DNA of 62,833 bases from Basidioascus undulatus (taxonomy: Eukaryota). Position 1 is the stretch's first letter; each line of letters begins with the position of its first letter. The position numbers were made by a program, and so were the translations under genes. The DNA is taken from NCBI GenBank assembly GCA_000826855.1, contig JTLS01000004.1, positions 1 to 62,833 of the forward strand, in the 5' to 3' direction. A model generated the notes under the pieces. It ran no database searches. It saw only the letters and a list, made by a program, of their open reading frames with translations, and was not told the DNA's origin. Shown here one piece after another: positions 47,993 to 60,084 of the stretch.

Positions 47993-49508
47993 ATGCCCGT
48001 CACTGGGTGGCAGCTCGAAGAAGAGGAGGGGTGAGAACGTTTCCAAATAACATTCTAGTATCCCGGTATTCTCATAATTTGTATTTCAGACGACCGGATG
48101 CCGTCAAGTCCATGGAGAGCTGCAGCCTACCTGAGAACCGTGATGAATCTTCAGTATCCAGGTCTACCCTGCGCACAGGGCTTTCGCATTTATTTAGCCC
48201 GTTTGCTTCCTCAACGGAACATGGATCCCCCTCAAACAGAAACCACCCACTGGACGAGGAGCTAGGAAACAACAGGCAAGTCTTTTGGAGCAAACGGGTG
48301 TCCCGCTGGCCTCACACTCTTGAGCGTGCACAACCCAGATCAACTGCTCCTCACTTCTACAGGATTTCCAAAAATCCATGCGAAGCGAAGGTCTACCCAC
48401 AGTCCCAGATCGAGGGCCTGCAGCTCCGCCTTAGAACGCAGGCGCAGGTCCATGAGAGGGAGGCCCAGACTGCAAGCAGCACCATCGCGAACATGCGCGC
48501 CCGGATCGACCAACTTCTACGAGAAAACGAATATCTCAAGCATCAATGCTCGGCCAAGGAGAGGGACAATCTAGGACTCAGGCACGAGCTGAGCACCGTG
48601 TCGTGGCTCGTGCCACCGCCGGACAGCGTCGCACTCGCCGATGTGACGGCGCAGCTGGAAAGCATCAACGTCGGGATCGATCAACTCACAAGCAACATCG
48701 CGGAGGCCATGCGCATACATGCGCCTCAGTACAAGGGAGCAACGCAGGTCTTTGATCCGTCCGGTCTTATGGACGAGGTCGTCGCGTCGGCCCCGCAGCT
48801 CTTCCAGCATCTCTGCAGCGAGCATCGGGATACCCAGTCTCGTGGCTTCGAAGTGCAGCTCGTTCTTCATCATGCTCTCACACAGATACTGTACCACCGA
48901 ATTTTCCAACCCTTCGCCTTCTGGCTTCACTGGCGCGGGGATCCCCTATTCGGTCCCATGCATGCCAGCATCGCAGGCCGTCGTATGTACAATCACTCTA
49001 CAGACTGAATATGGAACTCACGGCTGCTCAATCAGTGTGCAACCAAATCCAAGTCTCTACATGGCGGTGCACGACCTATGAGGCAGCGAAGGCTCTGTTT
49101 CCTCGGTCTCCTGCCCTCGATCAAGTCCTCAGCATCGCACTGCGGCACCTCTGCGTCCTTGCAGCAGCCGTATACCAGATGGACCTGAACACGTTCCGCT
49201 CCGAATTTGAGGCTGCCATTTCTCCCAAGACCAAGATCCTCATTTCCTCCGCGTCGGCACTGCTGCACACGACTCGCCGCGACGTCCGCGCTTCGGACCT
49301 CGTCATTACCGCGCCAAAAGGCGGTGTCCCATTCAACAAGGCGACCATGAGAAGCGATGAGGATACCGGAGGAGAAGGCGAGGAAGTCGTTAGTACATGG
49401 AGTCTAGGACTGCAGAGCCAGAGTGCCGAGGGGCGGGACGCCGTCGTAATCAAGCGGGCGACGATTTGCACGGAGGCGATATGGGCGGTGCTGAGGGCGA
49501 AGAACTGA
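47993..49508 (+). CDS. Coiled-coil protein with a putative GrpE/Mieap-like C-terminal domain
   Basis: Exons 47993-48030, 48090 to about 48984, and about 49035-49508 splice in frame without stops. Heptad region (IEGLQLRLR...MRARIDQLLRENEYLK), DSVALADVTAQLESINVGIDQL, QIQVSTWR, and C-terminus GVPFNKATM...VVSTWSLGL...VVIKRATI. The fold assignment is inference. Confidence 0.75.
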
Positions 49509-49836
49509 GGCGTTATGACTACTGCCATCTGTTCCGGACATTGTATCTACACATTTTATTGCTGTATAAAGATCGGTGTGCCTTCATGCGAAACTGCCTC
49601 TTCAATCGGGGATGTGCCAGCGCCATCGTTTAGGGTGTCGAGACTGCCGCTCTAGACATGTCCTGGACAATTGCTCAATATTTTATGTTCCGGTAACGAA
49701 AACCAGAAGAGATTCGACATAGGCTGCATCTACTGGTCCACGTCGCCCTTCCTAGCCGTCCCGGCCGCAAAACATTCCCCGATTGCACACGGGCATGCGC
49801 AATGAAACCACTTTTCGTCACGCACTCTCTCTCTCC

Positions 49837-52800
49837 TCAGAACAAATCCGACGCCCTCGCCCTCCCCGCCTTCCCTCTCCCCATCGCCGCCTGCGCGGCC
49901 TGCGTCACCGCCGGGGCGGGCATGTCCACCGGCTCCTTCTCGACCCACTCCATCTCCTCCTCGTCCTGCACCACCGTCTCCTTCTTTTCCTTCCGTTTCT
50001 TCGTCCTCGGCACATCCACCATCTCCTCCCCCTCCCCCCCCTCCATGTCGAACGTCAGCATTCCCGCCGCGCGCTTGCGCTCCTTCTTCTTCGCCTTCTT
50101 CTCTTTGTCCTTGTCCTTGGCGGTCGTGCGCTTAGCGGAAGGGACGAAGACGGGGCGGAAGTTCTCACCGTCGGCGGGGGAGGGGGCGGAGGCGGTCATG
50201 GGTGTGGGCGTGGGACCGGAGGTGGGTGCGGGTGCGGACGCAGCGACAAGAGCCGGCGGAGCGTCCTGGTCCATCTCGTCATCGTCGTCCTCGTCCTCAT
50301 CCTCGTCATCCGAATTGGCAAAGATCGCCTTGAAGATGTCCATCGCGGGGCGCTCGTAGCTGAGTGTCTCGCGGCCCTGCGCGTCGTCCTCGCCGAGCCC
50401 GACTTCCGCCGGCTGGGGCGGCTGAGGCTCAGCCGGCACAGGCGGGAGCGGGGGCGGCGGTGCCGGGAGCGCGGGCAGGCCGGCATCCGCCCACCGATCC
50501 TGCTTCGGCGCAGCCCGCGCGCCCTCTCCTCCGGTCCGCCCGCCGAATTGGAACCCTGGCCCCTCATCCGCGGGCGGCCCCTCCGGATGCGGGTCGGGGA
50601 CGTTGAAGCGCTTGCAGAGCAGCCGGCTCGGGAACCAATCCTTCGTCTCGCGTGTGAGCGGGCCGAAGCGCCCGTCGCGCACCGCCCGCTGGCGGGGCGT
50701 CTCGTTCGCGAGGCGCTCGGCCTCCCGCTCCGCGCGCTCCTCCTCCCGCGTCTTCTTGGGCGGCGGCGGGAGCGCGACGACACCCGCGCGGAGACCGGGC
50801 TGCATTGTGGGGAGCTCGGGGCCGGAGGACGACGCCGAAGTGAAGCGGTTCGCGATCGCTCCGGACATGGGGCGGAACATCGCGGCGGACTTGGAGAACG
50901 CGTTCAGCTCGTCTTGGTGCGCTTGGGCGGTCAGCCCGGGGGCGGGCGTCGTCGGCGCGGGGTAGGTGTCGGGCGAGGCTTGCGAATGGAGGTATGTGAG
51001 GTACCGGTTCTGCTTGAGCGGGTCGTCTGAGAAGGGGAGGAAGCCGTGCAGGGCGGCGTTCGCCGTGACGCGGTCCAGCGGGGGGACGGTGATGGTGACG
51101 GGCTGTGAGGCGGCGGCGGGGGGTGGGCCGCCTGCACCGGCGGACTTGAACGCTTGGAGGCGCTCTTTGTCCTTAGAAGATATGTAGTCGAAGACGGAAC
51201 GCGGGGGGGTCTTAATCTGCTCGGCGCCCAGGATCGCGCCGCGCTGCACAGGGACGATGTCGTTTCAGCTTTGATGGTATCACATCTTCAAGGAATATTG
51301 GAATATAGCAAAACACACCTCCTCAAACGATAGCTGCTTGGGTCGGCCGTCCTGCCCCGCCGGCGCAGGTGTGGGTGCAGGCCGGTTCTCCTTCGCTGCC
51401 GCCGCCGCCGCGGCCTTCTTCCACACGCGCGTGGGGTCCGGCTCCCAGCCTTTGGGTACGGAGGGCGGATCGAACCTGTCGCGAAGTTAGAGTGCAAGAT
51501 GAGCGACCTGATCCAAGGGTCGAAGTCCAGATGGACACGACGAGATACACTCACCATTGGTCCTTCGGCGGTGCGACGGATTCGAGCTGGAATCCGGTCA
51601 AGACAGGCCGGCCGTCGTGGAAGAGCTCCACTTCCCCAGGGAGCTGATCAAGGGGTTCTCATCAGCCGTGTGCACCCAAAGCAGAGTGAGAACCTCCGAC
51701 ACACCTTCGTCTTTCCCCGCTCCGCGCCTCTCCCCAAAGCTGGCTGACGCCCGCCGCCCATCAAGATGACCTCCCCATCCGCATCCTTGTCGGCCTCATG
51801 GTCGTACGCCCAGCCGTCGCGCCCCGTCGCGCGCGAGGAGGGGATCGACGACGAGTAGATGTCCATGTCGTCCTCGTCCGCCTCCTCCAGCGCGCCTATG
51901 CCGAAGCCTGTCCTCCGCCATACTCAAAATCAGCACACATTACTTAGCATCAGAGACCATAAACGCACCTCCCGCCATGCCGGCACCGGCGCCCTCGCCC
52001 TTCCTCCCTCCTCGACCGACCGCCTCGCCCAGCGTAGCGCTAGGCACGAACCCAAGCCCGCGCGTGCCGACCTGCTTCCCGAACTCGACGAGCCGTACAT
52101 CGCGCGGCGCGAACGTGTGCTTCTTGTCGGCCGGCGCGCCAGACTGCAGTTCCTCGATCGGCTGGCCCGTCTGCTCGGCGAGGCGCGCGGCAGAGATGCG
52201 CGGGCCGATACCTTGCCCCTCGCGCCAGCCCATGCGCTTCAGGAGCTTGACGCCGACAGAGGTTCGCGCGGGGGCGACGAGGTCAGCGAGGGTGGAGGAA
52301 AGCGATCTGGACGCCATACGTTAGCCCCGCTTTCTTGAACACCATCCTGCGGATCCCAAGCACTCACCCGTCCCCTGCTCCCGGTCCTCCTCGCCGCTTT
52401 ACCTCTGCCGCCGTCCCGCCGAGCAGGTCGAACTCCTCCCTCGTCTCCAAGCGCCGGCTATCCCTCAGCGCCTCGAGGTCCTCCTCGTCCATGAAGTCCT
52501 CCGGCCGCGCCTGCTGCGCCTTCTTGCCCTTCTCCGCACGCGACGAGGTCCACGTCGACGGCGTCCACCCCTCGGCGGACCCGACAGAGTTGAAGTAGCC
52601 TGCGCTGAACCCGCCTGTGAAGGCGCCGTGGAAGCGGCGGCGGCCTTGCTCGTCTCGAACCTGTGCGAGGGGTCAGCCGGAGGTCAGCCGGATGCGGGTA
52701 GATACCGCCACGCTGGAGGAAGGACGGACTTCTTGCTCCCACATCGGCTTGAACTGTGCATATTCCTCATTCAATTGGAGACCATGAGTATGTGGAAGGT

Positions 52801-53020
52801 GGCTAGGACATACCTCATTCGTATCTCGCTTCTTCGAGTCTAGCGCCGGGAGGGGTGTGCCGATCTGTAGCTCCACCACGCTTCAGTCCTGCGCCTTCCG
52901 ACTTTCCATACGAGTAGAAAAGAGCATGCACACCATACAGAAGTTCTCCGTCAGGCTTTTGTCGCTTATTCCGCCCAGCATGTCATCGCGCTCAAGGCGC
53001 TTCTTGAGGCGGGAAGTCAT
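49837..53020 (-). CDS. GPATCH1: G-patch domain-containing protein 1 (DUF1604 + G-patch; spliceosome-associated, Gpl1-like)
   Basis: MTSRLKKRL...ENFCM-IGTPLP...[43 protein letters not shown]...[11 protein letters not shown]-patch [74 protein letters not shown]. Confidence 0.95.
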
Positions 53021-53268
53021 CTTGGGCCAAGAAGGGGTCGCTCGAGCGCCAGGGAAGACGGTTCCGCGAGAAGGGCGCTATTGTGGTTCGCCAGATTTGT
53101 ACTGCTGGCTGATGAAATATTTGAGGAATACGTGAAGAGGGCCAGATGAGGAGGGATGAGGGTAGAAGGCAAGCTGTGATCTCGGAGGCACCGTGTTGTC
53201 TCGTTGACGTAAACGCAACTTGCCTTCCTACCATCAACGCCCATTCCGTTCGACAACTCCATCCCACA

Positions 53269-54650
53269 ATGACTCCCATTTTTCCTGACGAGGTCTGGTC
53301 ACGCATTTTGAGCTTTCTATAGGCAGCTCATGGAACAGTGGCACCGGTGGTGAAAAGAGAGCTCTGACGGCGATCGCGCTCGTCTGCCGCCAGTGGAATG
53401 TGAGTTGCCATCGCCAGAGCGTCTGAAGTGCTCCAACTGCGATTTTCTATTGTGTTGGTGCCCTGGTCCTTTCTGAACCTCATCGTTATTGCTGCGTCAT
53501 GCTCATGGGGTCGGACTCGATCGCTGCCTTTGCCCGCCTCCTCATTCGTCTTGACGTGGACTCGGTCGACGCTCGTTCCAGAACCCTCGCGAACTCGAGG
53601 CCTCTGCCTATACTGATGACTACGACCTTTTCGCATACCCATTCGATCAGAGCCCCATCCCCCACATCCTCTCGTTTGCGAAGCAACTCACGTATGCCTA
53701 TGGGCACGGCCGGGCCTTCGCTGCTTCACGCGCTGTCTACCAATCGCCACACCCTTACCAGGCTGGTAATTTTCATAGGCATCCGTGCGAGAGAATCTAT
53801 CAATGTATTGCGCTCCTTCATGGGGCTCCGATCGCCTTGCTGCGGCGTTTACGGAGCACGAAAGCGACTTTTCCGTCACTGGCAACCGTCGAGGCGTTCA
53901 ATCTACACACTTGCGCCCAATCGAGCTTGCATCTCGCTCTCCCTGCAGCACGGTGGCTCTCAGTTACTGCTCTTCTTTGCGCGCTGCGACTTTTCAGCGC
54001 TGAAGCGTCTTGACAGAGTCCCAACCGGGACATGCCCGTTCAATGCTCTGCAATCATTTTTCGCGCGTCACGGTCCTCGGCTGCGCCGCATCGAAGAGTT
54101 CCAACTCGATCATGATCGCTTCTTACCGCCTATCATGTCGCACTGTACAGCTCTTATGTCAGTCACGCTTCACATTCACAACACGGTTTGATGTAGCTCT
54201 TGTTCAAGCCCTTCCGCCATCACTCAGAGGATATGACGCTCATCATGGAACAACAAGATGCAATCAACGCAAGCTCGGGACTCTCACCCCGTATCAAGAC
54301 ATGCTTTTCCTCGCTTGGAGTTCATCTCTGTAAGGATCTGGAGCCCAGAAGAGCCTAAATCCTGGGCCGAGCTCAAGGCCATCGCCGCGCGACTGTCTCT
54401 CCAAGGCATACGTTTCAAGTACCGCTGAATTGACAAGGGCGGCCCCGCATATGTGAAATAGGCTTGCATGGACACTGTCGTCAATACCTGCTATGTGAGC
54501 TTTCGAGCATCTTGTGTCGCGGTGGCTCGTCTGTGTACAGAGGGGCAGAGTCTGATGTGCTTCGCAAGATTGTGGGACCCATTGCACCGAAGTGCTTGTG
54601 CGGACTATGCGTCGGCGGATTTCAGAGTCCTGGGCACAGCGCAGGACTGA
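53269..54650 (+). pseudogene. F-box-like / RNI-like protein, disrupted
   Basis: MTPIFPDEVWSRILSFL* (TAG 53320-53322), then a frameshifted ALTAIALVCRQWN, then LRR-like segments (LTRLVIF, FFARHGPRLRRI, IMSHCTALMSVTL). Divergent from GPATCH1. Confidence 0.6.
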
Positions 54651-57139
54651 CTAGGACGGGTAGCGGGTCCGCACGGCAGCATCGTTTGTCGACCTTTCAA
54701 TCCTCCACATAAGCTGCGGTCGGTACTGACTCAAAGATACACACGTCTCTTGGGACCTTTGTTATAATCCCTACTGGCAGGCCCAGTTGCTAGCCCATGT
54801 TTGATCCTGTTCGTTCATGGGGGAAGCGCGGGTGAAACAAGACGCCAGGGCAGGATATCGCGACCAACGGGGCCATGCCCTCTAAGGCAGGCCTAGTTTC
54901 CTAGTGAGAAATCTGGATCTGAACATTTTCGTTGCTGGATGTCGCGATGCTCGCTGTTGGAAGCCAAAAACCACTGCACTGACGTCCTCGTCCAGATGTC
55001 GCATCGGACAAACGAAGTGGTGTTACATCTGAGCAGCACGATGTGCTAATTTCCCCAGCGATTCCTTGATACCAAACAGGATACCTTTTCTCAATCCTAA
55101 AGCCATAACAAGACCTTCGGGAGGCGGCACAGAGGACGGGCGTATGTGTCCTCAGTCTGAATACACAGAAACAAAGGCCGCGACAGATACAGTAAACCGA
55201 ACGTACTTGTCTTCATAGCAAATCCGGGTAGTTCCCTTCCCGCTCTGGAGCCAGACCGTCAAGAGGAAGGTGGACGCCGTAGATTGCTCATAGACGCTAC
55301 GTTATGATTCACAGCACGACCAGTTTGCTCCTGTTTATGAATTCTAACGCACTAGACGTTGAAGCCGAACTCTTCAATGGTCACTCTTGAAGTGACCGTG
55401 ATCTCCTTGGGAGGACACTGGTCAAAGGCGAGCTCAGTACCATTAAATCTCGTACAACATCGAGAAGCGGTACTTGAAGGGCGTCTCAAGTGGCTCGGAC
55501 TTGTGGGGAGAGAGGTGGGGATCATCAGCTGGAGATCGCGCGCACTGGACCGCTGAAGGATGGCGCTGACCGAATGTGAACAAGGACTTCCGCCCCGCTA
55601 AGCTCCATACTGTAGCTAAGGGACAGCTCTATAGGGTCCCATGCGAGCGTAGGAGACACTCGCGCTGGCGGTCTCGAGCCCGTTGGAGACGGCGAGGAGC
55701 GATAAGCAAACCGCGAGGAAAGTAAGTATGCGGGTAAGGGCCAGCATATTCTTTGGGATCGCAGGAGTGGGGGGAAGGGTGTGATAGTATGGGCTCTAGG
55801 CAGCTTCCTAATATAGAGATATAGTGGGAGAGAGAAGAGTGAGTGGTCGTGATCCGGCAGAAGGGCGAAGAGCTGAGCGGAAACAGAAACCCACCCGGCA
55901 CGCGAAGGCGGCGTTTCTCAAGAATGCCAGTGCTTCACTGCCATTTCACTGGCAGGAGCGACATTTTTTCGATCAAACTCAGGAAGGTAGAATTACAGGT
56001 TGTACACTACCCCACGGAGGAGTTGGGCAGAATGCATGCCGCAACTTCTGCAGAATATCGTCACTGGCGGAGAGAGTGGGTGGGCTGTCCAGTCTAGCGG
56101 TCTAACCCTTACATCCTAGAAAACTTTCATAACTCATTGATCCAACAAGCTCCAGAACAGGATACCCTGGATGTCTTGCCACCGAGTATAGACAGAGCGG
56201 CGGGCGAGGGAAAGCAGTTGTGCGACCCTGAACCCGGAAGGAGCCGCCCATCCTCTCCCTCGATTGAGTTGAAATGCGCAAAAGAAGAAGCTGCGGACGA
56301 CGCAATATCTCCGTCTCCGAGCTGCTACACGACTCCGCTCAGTACCGCGACTCCACCCTTGGCCACGATCCACAACGACGACCTCGCCTTTTCTTCCTTT
56401 GAAGAGCGCGAGCACCATCTCCTTCACGTACACCCACGAACTCAATCGTGTTGCCCACACTGTCTTACAAGATTTGGGTATGTATCGCTGCTCACGAGAA
56501 ACTGCAAACGGGACTAAGAAATTGACTTTGTTTGTCGGCATCACGTTTTGATGTTCTCTGCCATTACCCTTCTCACAGTTCCACATTGCCTCCTCCCTGG
56601 CGGACAAGATCTTACGTACATGATGCGTGACGCCATTCAAGCGCACCTCTTCACCAAGTTTGATCTCTACCGCGTACGTCGGCGCAGCTGGGCCCATTCT
56701 CATAAGGCCAGTGGTCTAACATGCCCTTGTTTTTCTCCAGCTGCACGAGCTCCACTCGGCCCTCAGCCCGCCCTCGCCCCGCACAAACCGTCTGTTGTCC
56801 TACATCCACAGCGTCCACTTCTGGGTTCTTCCGCTCATCAGCCCGGAGGCGGAAGACCCGCTGGAAGCGGACGCCCTTATGTCTCTTCCCAAACATAAGC
56901 TCAAGAGCAGAGAGCTCTGATGCATGCGTGGTTTTCCACCACCGTAAAGGCCGAGTGGGATAGGAAAGCGGGTAAAGCAATAGTGTCGTGTTTCCACCCT
57001 GGAACTACCAAGAACCTCAAAGGAGTAAGGGACGATGCGGCAAAGTAGTCATCGACTGAGCTGGAAAGGGTCCCGCAAAAGATCCTCCTGACAAGGTCGT
57101 TGCGTTTCGGACTCGTTTCACTCTTTCCAGCTCATCATC

Positions 57140-59790
57140 ATGAAAGACACACCGACAAACACGTTCTCGCTTTTCAAGCCGATCCAGAAAGAGCTTTCAG
57201 CCTAGTGAGTCTACTGTCTGAATGGATAGCTGCATCGGCGAAGTTGGCTAACATGCCGCTCAGTCAAGGAGAGGAGCGTTGCCTGGTTGTAGTTCCCGCC
57301 TTTCTTTCTTTGAGTCTATAGTCCTCGACTGATGCATCTCCCGAGAAGATCTGCATTGACGTCGGCACGACCTTCTCCGGCGTGTCCTAGACGATCCTCA
57401 TACTTGGGCAAGTGCCGAGAATTCGTCGTCTTGCAGTTCCCCGGGGCAACAGCACACCGCGGGGGACTGCAAGATCCCTTGCAAAGTCTACTATAGCAAG
57501 CGAGGCCGGGCAGAGGCCTTAGGGGCGGAGGCGGAGGATCCTGCAAAGATGGAGTCGGCTTTGAAGAACGGGTGGGGGCTCGCTGAGTGGTAAGTCGACT
57601 GTCTTACCATCTTTTAACGAGCTAGCGTAACATCGCCGTGTGAATTGGGGTATAGTTTCAAGCTGCACTTCAAGCCCTCCCACATTGAAAAACCAGAGCT
57701 TTCCAAGCTTCCACACGGGAAGACGGTCGACGAGATTGTACGTGTCTTTCCCGTTTTACTTTACACTTCGTCCACGTGGCTGAAAGATAAAGCATTCAGG
57801 TTGCCGACTACCTGCAATACGTTTACCGTGCGGCCGGGGAGTACATTTCCGCCAAGGAGAGCTGCGGAATAGACGGCTGGACAGCCGCGACGCTGGTGCT
57901 CACACACCCGAACGGTTAGGAAGGACGGGAACAAGCACGTCTGTGTCGTGCAGTCTTCAAAGCAGGTATCATGTCGGTGGCAGCGGGCGAGAGGGTCCGC
58001 TTTGTGACCGAGGGCGAAGCTGCTATGAACTTCTGTCTCGACACTAAGGTTCTGGATTCTAACTCAATCGAGGTGAGTTCGACTTCCTCATAGCAAACGG
58101 TGGTGACTCGAGAAAGCTGAAAATGAACTTACAGGAAGGAGACACTCTCATCGTCTGTAATGGCGGGGGCGGGACGATCGACACGTTAGGTCAGTTTTGA
58201 GCGACTTCCGGAGACGCTTCGCTTGCTGAAGGAGGGTGTTTTCCAGCGTACGTCGTTGAGAAACTCAGCCCTTTTCGTGTACTCGAGGCTACACAACCGG
58301 ATCGTGAGTGGCCATCCCGCGTGTTTAGAATGCTCAAACGTCCTGGAGAAGGTCGCCTCATGGGCGCAATTGTAGTCAATCAGAAGGCAGAAAAGTACCT
58401 CATGGGCAAGTCCGCTCGTTGCAGTCAGTGGTGGCTTAAATAGCTTAACTGACTTGGAAGTTCTTCGCGGGCCAGCTCGCTGAAAGCGAGTATGCCAGTC
58501 GCAGCAAGATGAATTGTACCCTGCGCGACTTCGAGATGAAGAAGCGCCCGTTCTCCTCGGAAGCGGACGACATCTACCTCAAGGTTTCGCCGCGCTTCAT
58601 CTCCGACGACAAGGTGGGCATCGAGGGCGGCACTTTGAAGATCCCTGGGTATTCTCTTGCTCACAACATGGCCAAATTTTCGCTCTGCATACAGCTGAAA
58701 TAATCTATTTGAATCCCCTGCAGTGCTCATGTTGCGATGTTCTTCACAACCTCGCTCATTGCCATCACGCAGTCCATGCTCGACATGATGAAAGAAACTG
58801 CCAATAAAGCAAAAGTGAGTGGATGTTTCACGCTCGAATTACTTCCGTAAGGTCTCCAAACTTACGGTAGGCGGCTTTGCAAACAACCCATATCTGCTAT
58901 CCGAACTGCAGAAGTGCCTGCAGCGGCGCGGCATCACCATCGTCCGACCTGGCTCGAACGCGTGAGCTGCTTGATTTCCAACCTCGAAAACCCTAGTGAA
59001 CTTACCACCCCAACCATGGCCTAATGGTGCAGGGCAAATGTCGCGGCCCAAGAGGGCGTGGGGTGGCGACTTGACAAATTGTGACAGTCCGAGTTGCCCG
59101 CCATCATTGCGGGCTTAAAGTATTTGAGGTTCATGATCCGGCATCTTCCAGCCGCGGCGATTTGCCGGTCACTACCCATCACATCATCGGGAAGAAGATT
59201 GTCCATGATCTGTACACCCCCGTCGTGATTGAGCTGCACGATGCCCAGAACTTGATGCTCCCATGACCTTCCCTGAGTACTGAAAACTGCGCATTATAGG
59301 GACAACGTGTACAAGACAGGGAGGAGTATAGCGCACCATTCCACGTCCTGTTAGGGAGCCTTCAGACTTGACGGACTTTACCATTACACTCTACACACAT
59401 CCAGGCGGTCCCCCTTCCTACAAGGGCCGAGTCCGTACGTTCTTGGGTTTGTTTATATGGAAAAGGGGTTCAAACTCTGCTCACTAGTCTCCTGTAGCTG
59501 CTACGGCGGGCTTCAGCAAGGGCTTCGCCGTGCGGGGCAATTAGAACAAGTCGGCAGGGTTGCGCCGCGGCAAAGGAATGCCGAGGAGCAGTGGGATTAT
59601 CGAGGCCAATTTTGATATCCTAATCAAGTGAGTACAAGGTTTCGGTTTGAGTCCAGAGGTGCAGCAGCAACGAACATTGAGCTGCATGTGTCTTAGGTTT
59701 GGCACGACCGAGCTTGAGGCGTTTGTTGTGTGGAGAACGGGCCTGACCTATCCTCGTATTTGCGCTGCCCGCCTGGCGGGAGTGTGAGCT
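57140..59790 (+). pseudogene. Atypical Hsp70 (HSPA12-like actin-fold ATPase) copy 2, nearly full length with premature stops
   Basis: ICIDVGTTFSGVS* (phosphate-1 motif; TAG 57388), FKLHFKP, LVLTHPNG*EGREQ (TAG 57917 replacing Trp), FVTEGEAA, IVCNGGGGTIDT (phosphate-2), DFEMKKRPF, VGGFANNPYL and FGTTELEAFVVW. Confidence 0.85.
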
Positions 59791-60084
59791 AAATCGAATG
59801 GCGGAAATGCTGCGCCGACGGCGTAATTATAAAAAAATGGTAGAGTTCAGCACATAATAAAGGATGTAAAGGCTGACATTGATGATGTCCAGGAGAGTCA
59901 TCACAGGGTAGTCGAGGTAGCGGGCCCCGGCGTCTGGCAATGCAGTCCTTATCTGGGCCTCGTGCTGATGCGGGTAAGCTCTGATTCTGAAAGGAGGAGA
60001 AAACGGATATAAATGTGAATACTTCGGAGTCCTCGTGCACCAACCAAAGCAGACATTGTCCTTCCCGCCAATCTACCCCCCACC

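Noticed and set aside
49783..51030. Long antisense or alternate-frame ORFs (also 23-688, 711-1700, 12743-13519, 25876-26691)
   Set aside because: These are shadows of GC3-rich real genes, with Arg/Gly/Pro-biased translations and no recognisable motifs.
55050..56520. Coding-like fragments (minus: FNGTELAFDQCPPKEITV...; plus: EHHLLHVHPRTQSCCPHC, C2H2-like)
   Set aside because: Too fragmentary to build a gene model or assign a family; probably further decayed genes.
57917..57919. TAG at a conserved Trp as an A-to-I editing-correctable stop
   Set aside because: The same gene has other stops and frame problems that editing would not fix, and such mRNA editing is established for certain ascomycetes rather than this type of genome.
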